This document shows positions 10,358-25,600 of a stretch of DNA of 64,000 bases, one piece after another. The translations under genes were made by a program, and so were the position numbers. Origin of the DNA: Lingula anatina (taxonomy: Eukaryota; Animalia; Brachiopoda); NCBI GenBank assembly GCA_051362555.1, contig CM120640.1, forward strand, positions 70,472,788-70,536,787, in the 5' to 3' direction. Position 1 is the stretch's first letter, and each line of letters begins with the position of its first letter. The notes beneath the pieces are model-generated. The model made no database searches and was not told where the DNA came from. It saw nothing but the letters and a program-made list of their open reading frames with translations.

Positions 10358-13300
10358 TATCATCTTGGTATTACATGTGGATTTATGTCAACAAGCCTAT
10401 GTCATATTTTCCTGTGTTTTTAGAAGCATTCATTAATGCAGTTGTGCATGAGGTTTAATGTCATTTGTCTTTGTCAAAAAAATTAGATCATTTCATCATT
10501 CCATTGTCAAGTTAATAATATAGAGACTCTGAACAATATCAAGCAATTGAACTTGATTAATGTTAGTTTGCCAGAAAAGTGGGCTGCTTGTGGTTTCTGC
10601 ATTAGAAATCCAGCCCAAGGGCCCTTTGAAAGAGACACTGGGGGCAAGACATGCGTGTTCATCTACACAAGGATAGGTTAAGGGTAGAATATCAAGGTTG
10701 AATACCATTTTGTGTTCAACTATGACTTTCACAGTGGTGCCCTATAAGAAAATTAGGAGGTACATCATTTCTGTGTGCATTTTATTGTTACTTGATGGTT
10801 TTTGACCTTTTATAATGGTCCAGGTACACTGCATACATCTGGTAGTGTGGAAAATAGATGGACTTGGGTAAAGGCTTAGTATATGTCAGGTAGCATGGGG
10901 TTGCCCACCTGTACTAGTCAGGTGAGAGAAGTGATGTCAGGTGAGCAAGAAAACTTTTTACTGAACTCAGAAGCCAGCCAGGGCCGTGCATTTCACAAGG
11001 GGAATTTCAGGAACTGAAGACTTGTGCTCTTTATGATGTGGGAATCTGTTTGTTTGCCTGAACTTTGATGTATTCATGAAATGCAAATGATCATTTGTAT
11101 ATATATATGTAGCATAAGGTTCTGATCATGGAAGATTTCACCACATGTGCCATATACTATGGTAATTTCAGTACAATTTGTCCATCACCAGTGTATGGTG
11201 CAGGATATTGTAAGGAGCACACCATAGCCAGTAACATGGTGACCAGAGGGTCACTTGGGGTGCCAATGTAGAGCTTATGTCAGCAGAGTTATTGAATGAA
11301 AAAACATGCACTTGGTTCACTCCATAGTATATTGCTTTGGAAGAGGAAATTTGTTCCTGGTGCACACAGAGAATAGATTGGAATAAAGTTACAGGTTGAG
11401 TAGAATAACAGTGCATAACAGTTGGTATGGGTATGTTTGTATGTGGTTTTTATAAAAATGGAACGTGCAAAGATACAGATTAGAAAGCAAATGGCCATTA
11501 AATTGCACTGCTTGGCAGAAAGCACTTAATTCACCTGTGAGTTATCCTTCGACAAGGTAATACAGTTGAAAAGAGCACATTTACTACAAAGATAAGGAAA
11601 AGTAACAAGACCTTAATTGGTGTTAAATTAAACTCTTTATTTCGTCCAAACCCAGCTCCTAATTCTGGAAGTAAATATATTTTCGGGTACCTGCCAGTTT
11701 TAATGTTGGCACAAACCCTAGTTTTTATCGCATTTTTGATTGTACGTTTTATTTGAAAGTTCAACATCTTCAAAAAACGAGCGACTGCAATAATCCATTG
11801 CCGACATAGACGGCTATGACTGGCAGCTTATTCCCTAGTCGTGATGTCAAACCTGGGCTGTGTTGTAGACTTCAAACTTAACATTTACCTCAGAGACGAA
11901 ATCAGTCCATAACGGTAGTGTAGTGCTTACTGAAGCGTACTTTTACCATTGCAAAGGTACATCACTGGAAGTAACGCAATTCTGCAATCATATTGCTGAC
12001 TCTTAATTATTTAGTCATCGTTGCAACCTAGGTAACATGAAATTCTGAATTATATATTATACAAAGATCGTTTAGAAATAAAAAAATATGCATTATCTGT
12101 TGTGGATATTTGTTAATTAAAAAGCTTATGTAACATTTAATGTGTTAATCGGAAGAGATGTAATTGATGTACTCGTAGCGTGTCTGTGTGGTGTACCATG
12201 GCTGTGTGTTGAGATCTACCTGAGTAGTCAGGATAAGTGAAGGCAGGAAGGACCTAGTGAGGGGGGGGGGTCGAGTAGTGTGGAGGTCTGGTTTTCCAAT
12301 ATGTCTGTCTGCAGCCAAAACACTATTCGGGAAGCTATTAGACACTTTGAAATGCTCCCCCATTAAACAAATTTGGTGCAAAAGAAGCACTTGTTAACCA
12401 ACCTATTGCAGCGATTATTTTACTTGGCACTGGAAATAGGACTGCATCAGTGCTTTACTTCAATCGTCAATCATTGACACAAAATGTCGTGCTCTGTATT
12501 TCTTATTTCTTTAACTTGAATTATTTTATTTCATCCGTTCTATTTATTTATTTAATTGCGTATATTATTAATGTCGTTGTTAAAGTTAATTTACAAATGC
12601 ATGCAACTGATGCTTTTTGTACGTAAAGTATGAAATTCGTAGTTTTTGCGAAATTCGTAGTTTTAGGCACAGAGAAGCTTAAGGGATCCTTCAGAAGGAT
12701 GCTAAAAATAGCCTGACATTGGCATTTCTTTAAAGATGCACACAAAGTCATTTTTTGTCACAAAAACCAACCAAATGCCAGCATATAGTTTCAAGTAGTA
12801 TAACTAAGAGAATTACCAAAAGGCATTGTTTAATTTTACCCGAAAATGATGTTTGAACGGATTTTTCTGCTGGCATTCTAAGCTGTATGTCAATGGGGCA
12901 GGAAAGTAGGTCACGAAAGTAGGTTAAATTTACAACCAAAAATTTAAAGGAAGGAGCAGTCTAAAGGTCTTTTATGGCTGATCGAGTGATCTATTCAGTT
13001 TATCCCTTGGCATGTCGAATTTATTTGAGTCATATAAGAATCTAGTAAAAGTGGTTTACATGTCTTACTGGGAATCCACGCTCCACCGATGCTCGGTTCG
13101 TATGTACCTTTAAGAATATATCAGTCCGAAATATTTTCAGTGGTACAAGTTTACAGTATCTTTTCTGGGACTTTTGCGCCAATTGGATTTTCTTTTACAA
13201 AAAAAAATAATAATAATAATAAATAAATAAATAAAAAATAATAATAAAATGAATAAAATAATAATTATTATAATAATTCTCCAACTCACGCATGAATGTT

Positions 13301-14969
13301 TTATGTTTTTTAACATTTTCAATTCCCTGATTTAGTGCTAAATGATTCCCAAGTCTCTGAGACCGCCATGTTTTTAACCTCGGAAAGAAATATCGACATC
13401 AGTGGTTTTTTTAAAGGTATTTATCATTTCAGAGGTCTGAATCGAGAAAGATTAGTCCTTTTGCAGGATATTTAAACATGAAAGTACGACTTGGGACGTT
13501 GTCAAACACGCTCACAGTATACTTTTAATAATCTCTACCAAAAGGGATATTTGATATTGGACTGCAAATTATTGTAGGTGCATGCATTTATTGAAAATCT
13601 ATTTCTTAAACTTTTGATTTCGAGCAAAGAAAGCCTAACAAAACTACAGTCCAACGCGCCAAGGCTTGACCAGTGCTTCTTTTATGCTGTATTTGAATAG
13701 AAACTTGTGATTTTTGATGTTGCGAAGTGTTACTTTGTCTGACTTTTGTGACCTTGTCACTTGCCCACAAGTTGTTTTATTTTATTTAAATAGACTCAAG
13801 GACACAATGAAAAGTTCTATATTTAGACCCTCGGGCAAAAGAAAACATGGTTCGTCTTACCCTTTGGGTGTTATTTTCATAAAATAAATTCAATTTAACT
13901 TTGTTTATCAAATCCCCCGTGTGTTGTATTTTAGTTACGGCGTATCTTACATTAATATGCAACATTGAGACAGAGTAAAAAAAAAACACGTCTGATGATG
14001 ACGAATCGATTTCTCCGCGCCTCTCCTTAACTTGCTTACATAAAGCGTGACGTCACGTTTGCTATGCCAACGACGTGCTCCTAGTCTTTATAACACAGTG
14101 AACGCTCAAGTAAAATGTCACTCAAAATAGCCGATTTACAATTCATGCTTAAATTGTATTTCTCAAAGAATTCTGTAACAAGTGTCGGGTGTACAGTCAA
14201 TAGTGAGGACAATTAATGTAGGCCAGATTTAGCAAGAACATTCAGCCGCTATGAATAAATCCTTACTATTTGTATCAACATAAAAGCTTCTATACTGCAA
14301 TTACTTATACAATGCACAATATATGTCTAATATCTGGGACAGAGTTGGCTAAGTCTGCTGCGGGCTACTTGGTGGGTTAAAAATCACTTATAATAAAGTG
14401 CGTTTAAGCTTTTGCCAGCCAGGTGCTTGAAGTAAAACTTTTCCATGTTAGAATTAATACAACTGTTTTCTGTGCGATTTAACATTCATACGTGTCGGGT
14501 CATATTGACTTGACTTTCACAAGCACGAAAATGTGAATAGTAACATAGAAGAAACGATGCGCAAATATTAGAAGTGACTGTGTAAACAGAATGTGTTGAA
14601 TTGGTATAGTGACAATGTATAGCAACATCGGAGTTGGGACGTAAAGTAACAAAATTAGCAAACCATACACAAAGCCAGGAACGGGGGGTGAACAATGGGA
14701 CCCAGGGGGCGGAAAATGAATGTTTGCAAATTTTGCCTTAACAAGCTTAACGAGGTGATGGTGCTGATCAACAAATAATGATTTGACCACAGAGTTCAAA
14801 CCTAACGTGGAGCACAAGAGTGCTGGTCGAAGTTTCAAAATTCTGGATGGCAATATGCTCATGCTGATATCTAGGACGAATAAAACGTTGTACTTCGTCC
14901 AAGTACTGATCATCAGATATTTTCGAACCCTTGTCTACAGTGTGTTTATATTCTTACATGTGTATTTAT

Positions 14970-15400
14970 TTTCCAAAATCCCAATTTGTAAGATAAATTT
15001 AGATTGGGCTAACAATCCTAATTTGCCGAAAGAATGTCAAAGTTTTAATAAAATGTGAAAATATTTAGGAATGTTTTCTCATTTCATCCAGTAATTATAG
15101 ATTCTCATACTAAGTCATTCAAAATGAACAGATAACTACTAAAATCATTACATATTTTCAAACTACTCTAGTGGGTCTATATTTTTACATTTACAATACC
15201 GGTACTTTTTCAGGATCCCAATTTTAAGAGAAATTTAGATAGGGTTACAAATGTAAAATTGCGAAAAGAAAGTCAAAAACTTCTAATAAAAGGTGAATAT
15301 TTTTCAGAATGTTTTCTCATTTCAACCATTTAAACAGAAACTCACTAAATGCCATCCAAGCAATTATGGATTCTCAGACAGCGTTCACCGAAATGAACAG
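14970..15400. repeat. Diverged ~238-bp tandem duplication
   Basis: atcccaattt.taaga.aaatttagat.ggg at ~14978 and ~15216; gaatgttttctcatttca.cca at ~15069 and ~15307. Confidence 0.6.
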
Positions 15401-17750
15401 ACCATTTCTGAAGTGGTAAAAACAACACCTTTAAGTCTTCTTGTAATCTTGACGAAAACGTTTCCCAAAGGTTTCAAAATGACGTTAATTATCAAATGTT
15501 GAACTGCTGAATTGGGGTTGTACACAGGCGAGGTCCTAGAACCACGGAAATTGCAGTAGTTTGTAGGTTTGGATACAACGACTAGACAAAATAAAGCACT
15601 CCGACAAATGCACCGATTTTCGAGAAATAAAGTGCTCATAGCAAAGAGGAAATATATTCAACAAAGATTGGGAACCTACAAAGTTTGAACTAATAAACAA
15701 ATCTTTATTTGTTTTTTACTGTCTTTGGGATACTTTAATAATTCAGCCGACGTGAATATATATTTTTGTCGGCTGAACATATGACGTTTTTACGTTTTTT
15801 TCTATTTGTATATTTGGTTGTGTGTTTAAATATTAATTATTTTCACTTGCAATATAGCATATATAACAGATATAAAACCATCCCTCTAATTGTAAATTTA
15901 TAGATGCATTGCGGTTTCGTTGTAATAGCAGAAGCTGGAAGATTACATAAGTTGTGCTTTAAGCGCGTTCATTGAGGCTACTTTGTTCACGCGGGGTTTA
16001 CTCACAACTTGGTGGCATAAGCAAGCCTCTTAACATCTGTCCAAATCTGGCTATCATACTCGTCTCAAACTTAAGCTACATAAGTACATTAATCACTCCG
16101 GATTCTGGGATCTGGACAAAGAATGTTCCTCGTGGTCGATTGATTAAAGAATTTAAGCCACGTAATGCTAGAATGTCAAGGGAGGGGACTTAATGCAATG
16201 ACATTGGCTAAAGAGTCCTCTATAAAATCCGCCTTTGCTAAATATCCGAAACACCAGTTCACCAGCAGGTGGCAACATGCTTTTTAAAACCAATAATAGC
16301 CCGCATTATTAAGATTTCCTCCTGCCAGCGAGTGCTTTGCTCTCAATATGCTTCATTTTCTATGCTTGTCAAGCAGTTGATCGAAGGCTTAGCTAATTAC
16401 TTCCTTTGAGACACAAGTGACTATTTTGATTTGTACCGACCGCTGCAAGAATAAAAATATTGTTATTATATTCACAAATAACTATCAATTGGGGGGAGGG
16501 AATTCGAATATGGGTATGACCCTTTGAAGACATATTCCTCTTTTATGGCGTTTCTCACTTTTTATCAAAACATTCTCCACTTGAACAAAGATGGCAGTCT
16601 GAGTAGTTCTACTCTTATATTAATTCCACTGCTTTCAAGTCCGATCACAAAGGTTGCAATTCTAAGAATTACAGTGTTTGGAAAGCACTAATTGGCTCTG
16701 AGAAACCTAGGGTGATTTGGGACTTAAAAGTTATCTCAGTTTTTAATATCAAATCAGATTGCGTGTTTTCGTTCCCATTCGTAATAAAAAAAACTACAGT
16801 CATAATGAAAACTACATCCCGAATCAAAGAGATCGTTGATATCGCTAAGAAACTTCTAAATGTTTTCTCTTGAATGTTCAGTAATACGTCAATAAAAGCA
16901 GTCTTCGCGGTATCAAAATCCACTCAAGCTAATTACCATCAGTTGGTTTAAAACGGTCGCCATCGATCTCTGAATGACAACGTGAGCTCAGGCAACGGAC
17001 ACAATACGGCGCGCAGCGCCAGTCCAGGTTGCCGTATTTACCAAGCATGTTCACATTTCTTGTAAAAATGAATCGATGGATAGAGTAGACAGGAACGTTA
17101 AATATGGTATAATTGTATTTAAGGCTGGTGTTCGTGGATTCTATTCTTACATTGATAGCCCGCAGTATTGAAGCAGTATCTAACCTTAACATATTGTAAT
17201 GCATCATTTAAGGCGGTATTGCGTGGATACAGCCCATTTAGAATTAGATATGTACGACTTTCCGTACACAGCAAGTAAAACATACATACACAGGAGTTGA
17301 GCTTCGTATCAGCACATCTATTGATATAGTGATTACCTACTAACGAAACATTAGTGCTGAAGCAGCCCCTTAAATCATATTAAATTACCTTTCGGGGGCT
17401 TCTGATGGCTTAAAATCCTTGCGAAAATATCAACAAACGACATACATCGTAGTTTGTTTTGCATCGCTTACAAAGTACATCATCACATTTACCTTTCAAC
17501 AGGAGCTGCATATATTATCAATATTTAATGACGATCTCACTCTTTGGGTTATCAAATTACAATAAAATCAAAGTTAAATGAGAAAAATGATGGATTGATG
17601 GAAATGATGAATACTTTCTTTATACAGAACAGTCAATTAAAATGCATTGCAATGAAACACTTGTTGGTAATCAGAATAGTGAGTTTTTCAAGGCTTTCAA
17701 CAACAATCACATATCAATATCAATCTAGTCCAAGGCCACATTAGCCGTTA

Positions 17751-18917
17751 TTATACACTACTAGCTAAGTGATCGCCTGGAGAAGTATTCGCGTCATCAG
17801 GAGTATTGCTGGCCGTTAAAGAAAAAAAGTTCTCTACTTGGGTATCATCCTCATTGTGCACCGATACCTCGTGGACTATCACACAGACGTCACTTTTAGG
17901 GTAATGCTGAGAGTCGTCCTCCAGAGGGTCGACACATTTTTCTTTGACTTTAATGACCCCGCCCGGTCTGTGGACATTGTGGGATAAATCAGGAGTCGTG
18001 GGTTTGGAGGCGGTATCACAGTAAAGGCTCCCCACACCTTGTGGTGGGATGAGCCGCGTGTTAAACCCTGGGGGTCTTTTCGACAAATTGGGAGATGTCG
18101 TTTCGCTAGAATTTGAGGAACACTCTTTACAGTATTCGAACAAATCCGCTTGGGAATTTGCACTACCCGCTTTTTTGTTTTTATTTATGTCATCTGGTAA
18201 ACTCCAACTCGACATGGACCTCCCTTCTTCAGATAAGCCACTATTAGATTTACACCGATGTTCAAATGGCGTCAGAGTAAATAATTCCATTGGAATTTGC
18301 TTGAGTGCTTTAGAGATAGTCTCGCTATTTTCTATAGGTTTTTCAGCATTTTTCTCTTTACGCCTCAGACCTATTCTCTCTAAAAAGCTTGGTTTTTCTT
18401 CCTGCGAAGTCTCTAGTGCTGCTTCCTTTATCGCTGTAAGTGGTCTGTTTTGCAGGTCGTTTTCCCCTCGCAGTGTAGCCGAGAGACGGTCTTGCCTGGT
18501 TTTGGTATCACGCGCCACCTCCTCGACCACGGTGGAGTAAAATATGTCTTTGGGGCTTTTCTTTGCCGATGTACTTGATTCTATTTTACTGTTTTTAACT
18601 CTGTCCCATGCCTCACACACTACCACACAGGCGACGATGATTAAAAACGAGCCTATCCCCATTATGACGGAGCCGACGTAGGGCATAGCCACCAGCCAGC
18701 TACGTGACACGTCGTTCGTCCTGTACGTCACCGTGCCGTTAGCCGCGTTGACAGTTTCTGTGGAAAAATAGTCTGCGTAATATCCAACAACACACAAGCC
18801 TCCCCCGCCGGCTGTAACTAGTAATCCAACGAACACAGTCAAGATGGACGGAGATATAAAAGGGATGTCTTTACACCGAATCCTCGGATGAGTATTGTTA
18901 GGTTTTTTGGTCGTCAT
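17751..18917 (-). CDS. TMEM200: TMEM200-like (DUF2371) two-TM membrane protein, single coding exon, 388 aa
   Basis: Long uninterrupted ORF. TM1 (SPSILTVFVGLLVTAGGGGLCVVGYY), a loop with an NGT sequon, TM2 (YVGSVIMGIGSFLIIVACVVVCE, resembling the TMEM200 GPxIMGIGxFxFIxAN...E pattern), then a long S/P/K-rich tail. Confidence 0.8.
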   Translation of the reverse strand: MTTKKPNNTHPRIRCKDIPFISPSILTVFVGLLVTAGGGGLCVVGYYADYFSTETVNAANGTVTYRTNDVSRSWLVAMPYVGSVIMGIGSFLIIVACVVVCEAWDRVKNSKIESSTSAKKSPKDIFYSTVVEEVARDTKTRQDRLSATLRGENDLQNRPLTAIKEAALETSQEEKPSFLERIGLRRKEKNAEKPIENSETISKALKQIPMELFTLTPFEHRCKSNSGLSEEGRSMSSWSLPDDINKNKKAGSANSQADLFEYCKECSSNSSETTSPNLSKRPPGFNTRLIPPQGVGSLYCDTASKPTTPDLSHNVHRPGGVIKVKEKCVDPLEDDSQHYPKSDVCVIVHEVSVHNEDDTQVENFFSLTASNTPDDANTSPGDHLASSV

Positions 18918-21900
18918 TGTGTTGTCCTGACGTTAGGAGGATGTTCAAGTACATGTTCAAAAAATCAGAAAGAAAGTGATTTCCTCTACATTCTTGCCAT
19001 TGTGTTTTCTATATTCGAACATAAGTTCCTCCGTTCTGGTGCTCTGAGTCTAATTCCGTAGAGAATGATAATATCTCGTTTTTATTTCACATGCCCGAAT
19101 GAGTTTCTAGGTATTCCCGTAAGATTCTCTATGCGTGTTGCTGTCAACGTTGTCGTTGTGCATGCTGTTGATATAAACTTCTTAGTACCGACCTCCTGTC
19201 GAGTTCATACAGTAGGCTGAAATCCTCCCCACTCTCTGTGCTCAGTATGACTGGCAATTCGCTCACCTGTAGCTGCGTTATGCAGGTGTGATACCAGTTC
19301 TATTGATATGGAATGGCTAATAACAGATGCTGGTTCACCTTCACGCCGTTTCCACAACGCTATTTATGAAATTGCTTGCGTCTGTACAGGGAACGTGATA
19401 CAATCCACATACGGTTGGGTGTGTATTTCTGTAAATTTCACCTTTCCCCTCAGATTTTAATCGTCCTCTGTCACATTATCAACTGAAATTGAAAAAGAAA
19501 CGATAAGGTTTTATATTAAAAACGACACATTGCTGTCACATGAATAAAGAACGCCATCCACTTACTTTGTTCATACTGCAGCCGCTTTAATGACTTGAGA
19601 TTATGAAAAATGAGCATACTGAGCAGAGAAAACAATGAAATGCTCGTTAGATCATATTTTTTCTCGCCAAGTCACTTGGGCTGATGTTCAACACGACGGC
19701 CCGTCGGTGGTAAAAGAGAAATCGATTTCTTAGAAAACACACTTTTCCGGAAAATAATGACTAACTGAAATATAACATAGAAAGTTTTTAAAACGTAAAT
19801 ACAATAAGGCTTGTCTCAGAATTCACTGACATGTCTGTCCTGCGCTTGCCCGCTGTCTTACTTCCATGTTACGTGTTTACATGTATGATATGTCCTAGTA
19901 GCGGCCAGTTGAACAATTACCGCCGCAAGAATTTGAAGAAAACAAATCCTAAACAATTTTTATTGTTAATTTCAACACCCCATAGTTACAGTGAGCGTAC
20001 TAATAAAGATGACCAGAATTATTAAAATAATGGACCGTGTTTGCTGTTTCCTCCGGCGTGAAATCAAAGCAAACTTGGTCATTTCTTTTTGAAATAAAGT
20101 TCGATGCCCCTTTGTTGCTTTCTTTGATATACTTGTGATGCAACACTATACGTGCCACTGTTAGCACACCTAGAACGTATTATTGTACGGCCGAGACTGA
20201 CCAAAACACCCAACACAACTGACCAAAACACCCGAACAACACAACACACCATAATACCATTTACAAAACTTGGATCAATCCCCAGTTCCGTCAGAAATTA
20301 CACAATCGAATTTCCTTACCACGTTCATGACTCCCCCACGCTTAAGAATGCGGTTTATTTTTACTGGAGTTTTCTTACCCTTAAAACTGTTTCTCTCTGT
20401 CTGTACCGTGTTTGTCCGTGTTCGGGGTCTAGCGTCAATATGACCACACGCTTTGACCTATCTGATTGTCTTATGGCTTGGGTAACTTTGCTTTCAGAAT
20501 AAATATGTCGACTCCAAACATGCAGAAACATAGAAGAAGTGACATCTTTGTTTTCATAGTTAGGCAAAAACAAAACAACCTGGGGCGCTGCAGACGTGAC
20601 ATTCTCAACCAGTGGTCATTTACAAACGTACTTTAATGATATTCGATTAGCTAACACGGAGAAAGCAAGGAACGCACTACCCTACGTACCTAGCCATTTA
20701 GCGTCCCACTGACAATTGGAAGTTGATAAGAGAATTAAGAAAAGTGTAAATCGATTTGACGTATTGTGAGGAAGGGCGTGGTCGGTGCTAATTAATACAG
20801 TTCACGATCTCGCCAGCAAATTTTATCGAACTGCTTTAACAAGCAAATACAAGGCCGGCTGAACAGATCTCTTTCAATCACAAATTACGTTAGAGACGGC
20901 GGAATGAAGCAGAAAACTGCTATCGGGCTTACATAGAATTTCAGTTCATGAAAACCTGTAATTTTCCTAAACAGGTATCAGTTGATTTGTTAAGAGGCAG
21001 GGCTTCCCAGTGCATTACCAGGCGCAAGTACCCCTGTCTACACAATCTTTTCTAATATGTAACCTTTCCTGGATTTTCCAGCCAAATTGAATTTTCCTTA
21101 AAATTAAATAAAGAAAAACAATTTTGTCCTACCCTGCGTGTAGATTCGATGTTTTACATCATTTCTAGCAAAATTACTCTTCTCTATTCTAGCTAAAATT
21201 TAGTTTAGAATTAAAGACCAGTCACCGAGACCACTTTAAAAAAAATCTTTTTCTAAAGATAAGTAGCTTTGCAGAATATGTAGACATAGTAAATATAACT
21301 TTGGGACATTTTTGAACACGGATGGTATCCCTTTAATAGAAAAAGCTGAGCATATCTTTAACGCAGTTGCTGCATTAAAAAAAGATGTAAATGGTTGTTG
21401 ACTTTTTGGGGTTGATAGCACTATCAAAATTCTTTTAAGCACATTCATAAGTTTAGCTCCCAAGATTTTATTAAATTCTATATATTTGACTCTTTGCTAA
21501 AACAAAGCATTTCAAAGTTAGCTCATTGTTGCGTGAAGGCATCAGAAAATATTGTTTAAAACCTTAGTATCCATTTACATGGTAGCGCTAATATCTCCAT
21601 TTTATTTTCACCTGTCATGAATTAGACATAACTATCCATTGAACATCGCAAATTTTTGTAAAAAAACTTTAATCCCTTGATAAAACCTTGTAGATATGGT
21701 CTTATTACCATGGCACGAAGTGTATCGTTTGATCTGACATAATTCGGATTATAACTCGGGTGGAATCAGAAACCATCAGCTTGTGTATTAAAGGTCCTAT
21801 TTCAAACGTTATTTGATGCATGATTTTCTTGTTGTCAATCAAAGGATACCCGTACCTAGTACAAAGTCCTCATAATGCTTTGACTTTTTATAATGTAATT

Positions 21901-22607
21901 TATAATAGAAAAAGAGCTGAAAACAGGGAATCGATAGTTGAACAAGCGTGGAAAATTCGTAAATGGTTTGCAACCATGTTGGTGTAAACCTTCATTAGAA
22001 TGTTGTGCAGAGCTTTGGGTCTCTGTTAGCCTAGCGTGTATGGAGAAAAACGATCAATGCTTGCAAACAGTGTCAGGTGCAGTCAACAACCATACTTGAG
22101 CGGCGGAGTCATGTCTACGACAAACAAATCCGAAACGATCGAGTTTTATATAAAAAAGATCTGACTGCCGAAAGAAAGGCATAAATAAGCAGCTGTGTGC
22201 CAGTCAGTTTTCATCTTGATTTCTTTTTATTTTTCGTGTGTTTAGACTCGAGATATTTGCAACTACAATCAAAATAAAATGACAAATAATTGTCAATGGA
22301 GCTTTTAAACGTGCCATGTTGGAAACATTTTCTATAGATTTGCAATTTGAGTAAAAACCATGACATGCTAGATTTAACATGTGCGCAGCTCTTTATGGCC
22401 AATGATGAGATTAAAACATTGTATACGATACTTTAAGTGTACAGAAAATGGGGCCTTTAAGAGGTTAATATCAAAACGCGTTCAAAAATCCGTATTCAAA
22501 GATTATTTCCTGCCAACGTGTTCCTTGCTGAATATATATAAAAAAGGATTACAGTGGCACGGAATTAATACAAGAAACATATATAAATATATTTATAAAT
22601 ATTTGTC

Positions 22608-22645
22608 ACACACACACACACACACGCACACACACACACACACAC
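22608..22645. repeat. (CA)n microsatellite
   Basis: Direct reading; one interruption. Confidence 0.9.
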
Positions 22646-25600
22646 GGCTAGACCCATCCCCCGATTCTCTCCGTCTTTACAAGCTTTAGTAACAATCACA
22701 TAGTTCTGAACAGTCCAAAAGCAATATAAATATTCCAGCAAATGCTCTCTGGTAATGATACGTTTTTTATATGAATTACACAAATATAAACTTACCCGGT
22801 CACTTCACTGATAAGAAGCCATTTCTGAGTGCCTAATGATTACACTGTGACACGACGACATGAAGAATGCGCGTCCTCAGAGAGACCAATTTCACCACAG
22901 CAGGCTAATTTCCGGGTAAGGTATATAGCAACTGAACTATATAAAACCGATCAGCGTTACACTAACTATGCCTACTTTGATTCAATTCACTAAATATCGA
23001 TTCCATTCCCAGACACAGGTTTAATTTTGTTTTCTTAGTCTCTTTTTCTCCTCTCTTGAATCCCTATATTAATGCTTGTTTCCGCAACGTTATATACAAT
23101 ATTAACTTTACCATCGGCGTGATATTTTGAATACCTAAATAAACAGATAACACATTAAAAAAGGAGAGAGCACAGGTATATAAATAAACTAACTTCAAAA
23201 ATCGTTGCTCCCTCATTCGGTTTCAAATTTGTTGAGTTGTCGTCAGGAAATACCTTAGTTTTTCATTGATCTACGGATGTTAGATTTAATTACCCCCATT
23301 CTATGTTTAATTCAATTTCATTTTATTTTCAATTAAAAGCGCCCCTAGTACCATACATCGGTAAGCCTTTCGTCACCCCTTTTTTTCGCAGAAAAGGAAA
23401 AAAATCCATTACGGTATCTGAAATATGAACGCCACATCTTTCAAGTTGTAATAGCTATACATACCTGTTCTTGTGTAAGAAGATCACACTCCACCGTGTA
23501 CCATAGAACTACTACCAGTATTGTTCACTAGGATGTCGCGCAGAGAAAACTGAATTAATCAATAAGTTGTTGCGCTGGAAACGGCTATTCTAATTATTTT
23601 TCTCTCCCCATGTAAATTAGTTTTAGTAATAATATGATGCACATGTCACGCTCGAAAACATAGTCATCCTTCGTTGACTAGGCGGCCACCAATGTACCAA
23701 CAGATTAATCCGAATATCAAGCATACCACGTAATGAATAGTGGCTTTCTCAAAAGAGCTTTGCGGAATCAGCTAGGTTAAAGCCCTGGGGTAGAATTACT
23801 ACTATTTGCTTCCGTCAACTTAGCAACCGATGGGTGTTACTTTCATCCATCCACTAAAATGGCAGCTAATGTGCCCTTCAGTCAACCTTCCATAAAAGAA
23901 AAGCCAATCGTGTCAACATTTGCTGTTAAACATCGCCAGCAATAGGTGAGCTTTGTTGTCAAAATTACGGTATGTTGAATTTATTCAAGGAGGTCCGAAA
24001 TACAGCTGGTGTTGTATTGTGTATTCGCCAACGCGGGTTTGGCTTCAGAAAACATAAATGCCAACATTCTGTTTTATTGACACAGCCGTCAAGCAGTCAC
24101 AATGGTTCACAAACCCGTTCTATAAGGTACCTGTTGGACTCTGTATAAAATACAGTGAGCCGTTCATTACGTCATGGTTTAATCGCAGAAAGGGCAGAGG
24201 ATCGGGTGTAAAAACGTCAACATTCAATTAACAAACATTGAAATCACACCAAGGAGGACGACGTGTCACTTTCTCAATGACATAATAAAAGTCTGGTGTC
24301 GCACAATAACGGGAAGGCGTAAAAAGCCAGAGCAGGAAAATGGGGAAATCCGCGTGAAACATTATTTGACTGTGAGCCAGCAATAAAAATAACAATGAAA
24401 TTAAATATAGGGTTATCGGATGTAATTGTTACTCAATAAAGCGTATTATTTTTTTAAGGGGGGAAACTCAAACTTACTTATTTGACTATGGATCCATTGA
24501 CTATTTAGGCATTCTTATCAGTAACTTAAATAAGCATTATTTGGTCAAAAACTGGATTAGATAGCGAAATACTTAAAAGGCATACGCGCCACGTGCCGCG
24601 GTGACATGAATGATAATCCGCTGAAAACTCTAGTCCGTTTTCCAATACTTTGTACAGGTGATTATTGTCCCATGTTCAAACCCCAAATCCCCCAGCTAAC
24701 CATAACCTTTACTAATCATATGGAAACCCGTACTTTTATTCCTAAGACGACCATTCCTGTCAGACAAATATTCATGTATATTGACCCACAGGTACACTGG
24801 TCGTCCGAAGTACAGGTAAATAAGAGAAGACCTTATTGGTTGAACTACACCTGGTGTTAAAACGTAATCTTTCATTACATTTTTAAATGATACCTATAAT
24901 TGAAATATACGAAAGTTGAATAAAATTAATATTCAATCTTTCAGTGGGTATGGCCTACCTTTTCTATCATTTTCTGTTGAAACCTCGGAAACTTGTAGCT
25001 GTGGGCGCAGTTCATTCATTGGCTTAGTATTATGAGACGGCACTAGAGGGTGCTGATGACTGCTTATACTGAACATCAGTGAGTCGTGAAACTTACAAGC
25101 TGAAAGCATATTATTTTAAAGAAAACATGTGTTAATGGATTGCAATATAAATACAATTATTTCTCTTCAGTTGTATTACCCGGGGGTGTGTTATTCATCA
25201 ACTACCTTTTTTATTAACTTTCTTTCATCAATGGCAGTAAAAGTTGTTCATTATTTAAAATAATCTGACTTTCTGTCTTCCCTTAAAGTGACCTGATGTG
25301 TTATTATTTTGTATTTTTCCAAATGACAAGATCTATTTTACCGATTTCATGACAAGAACACTCAAACATAAATCAATATGAGTGGCATATTAGAGGTGCT
25401 TTCTGTGCAAACAAATAACTTTATTCAGCTGAATAACCCCAAATGATTTTTAAGTTAAAGGGCACGCATAAATGCAGGTGGGGAAGTTTCCTTGTATTTT
25501 CATTTCTTGACCTCATCCTCGCTCTTGTTTATAGGACGTGGGGTACTATTGATGTTAGAGGGCCCCTAATGGTTTCTCTGAATAGGGAAATACAACATAC

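Noticed and set aside
18049-18540. 163-aa plus-strand ORF
   Set aside because: Antisense shadow of the TMEM200-like CDS with no recognisable motifs.
21236-21480. LNTDGIPL resembling an EnSpm/CACTA transposase motif
   Set aside because: Only a few residues match; the flanking frame has stops and lacks the following conserved residues.
25050-25100. Hammerhead ribozyme (CTGATGA...GAAAC)
   Set aside because: Stem II does not close next to the core and I could not form stems I and III.
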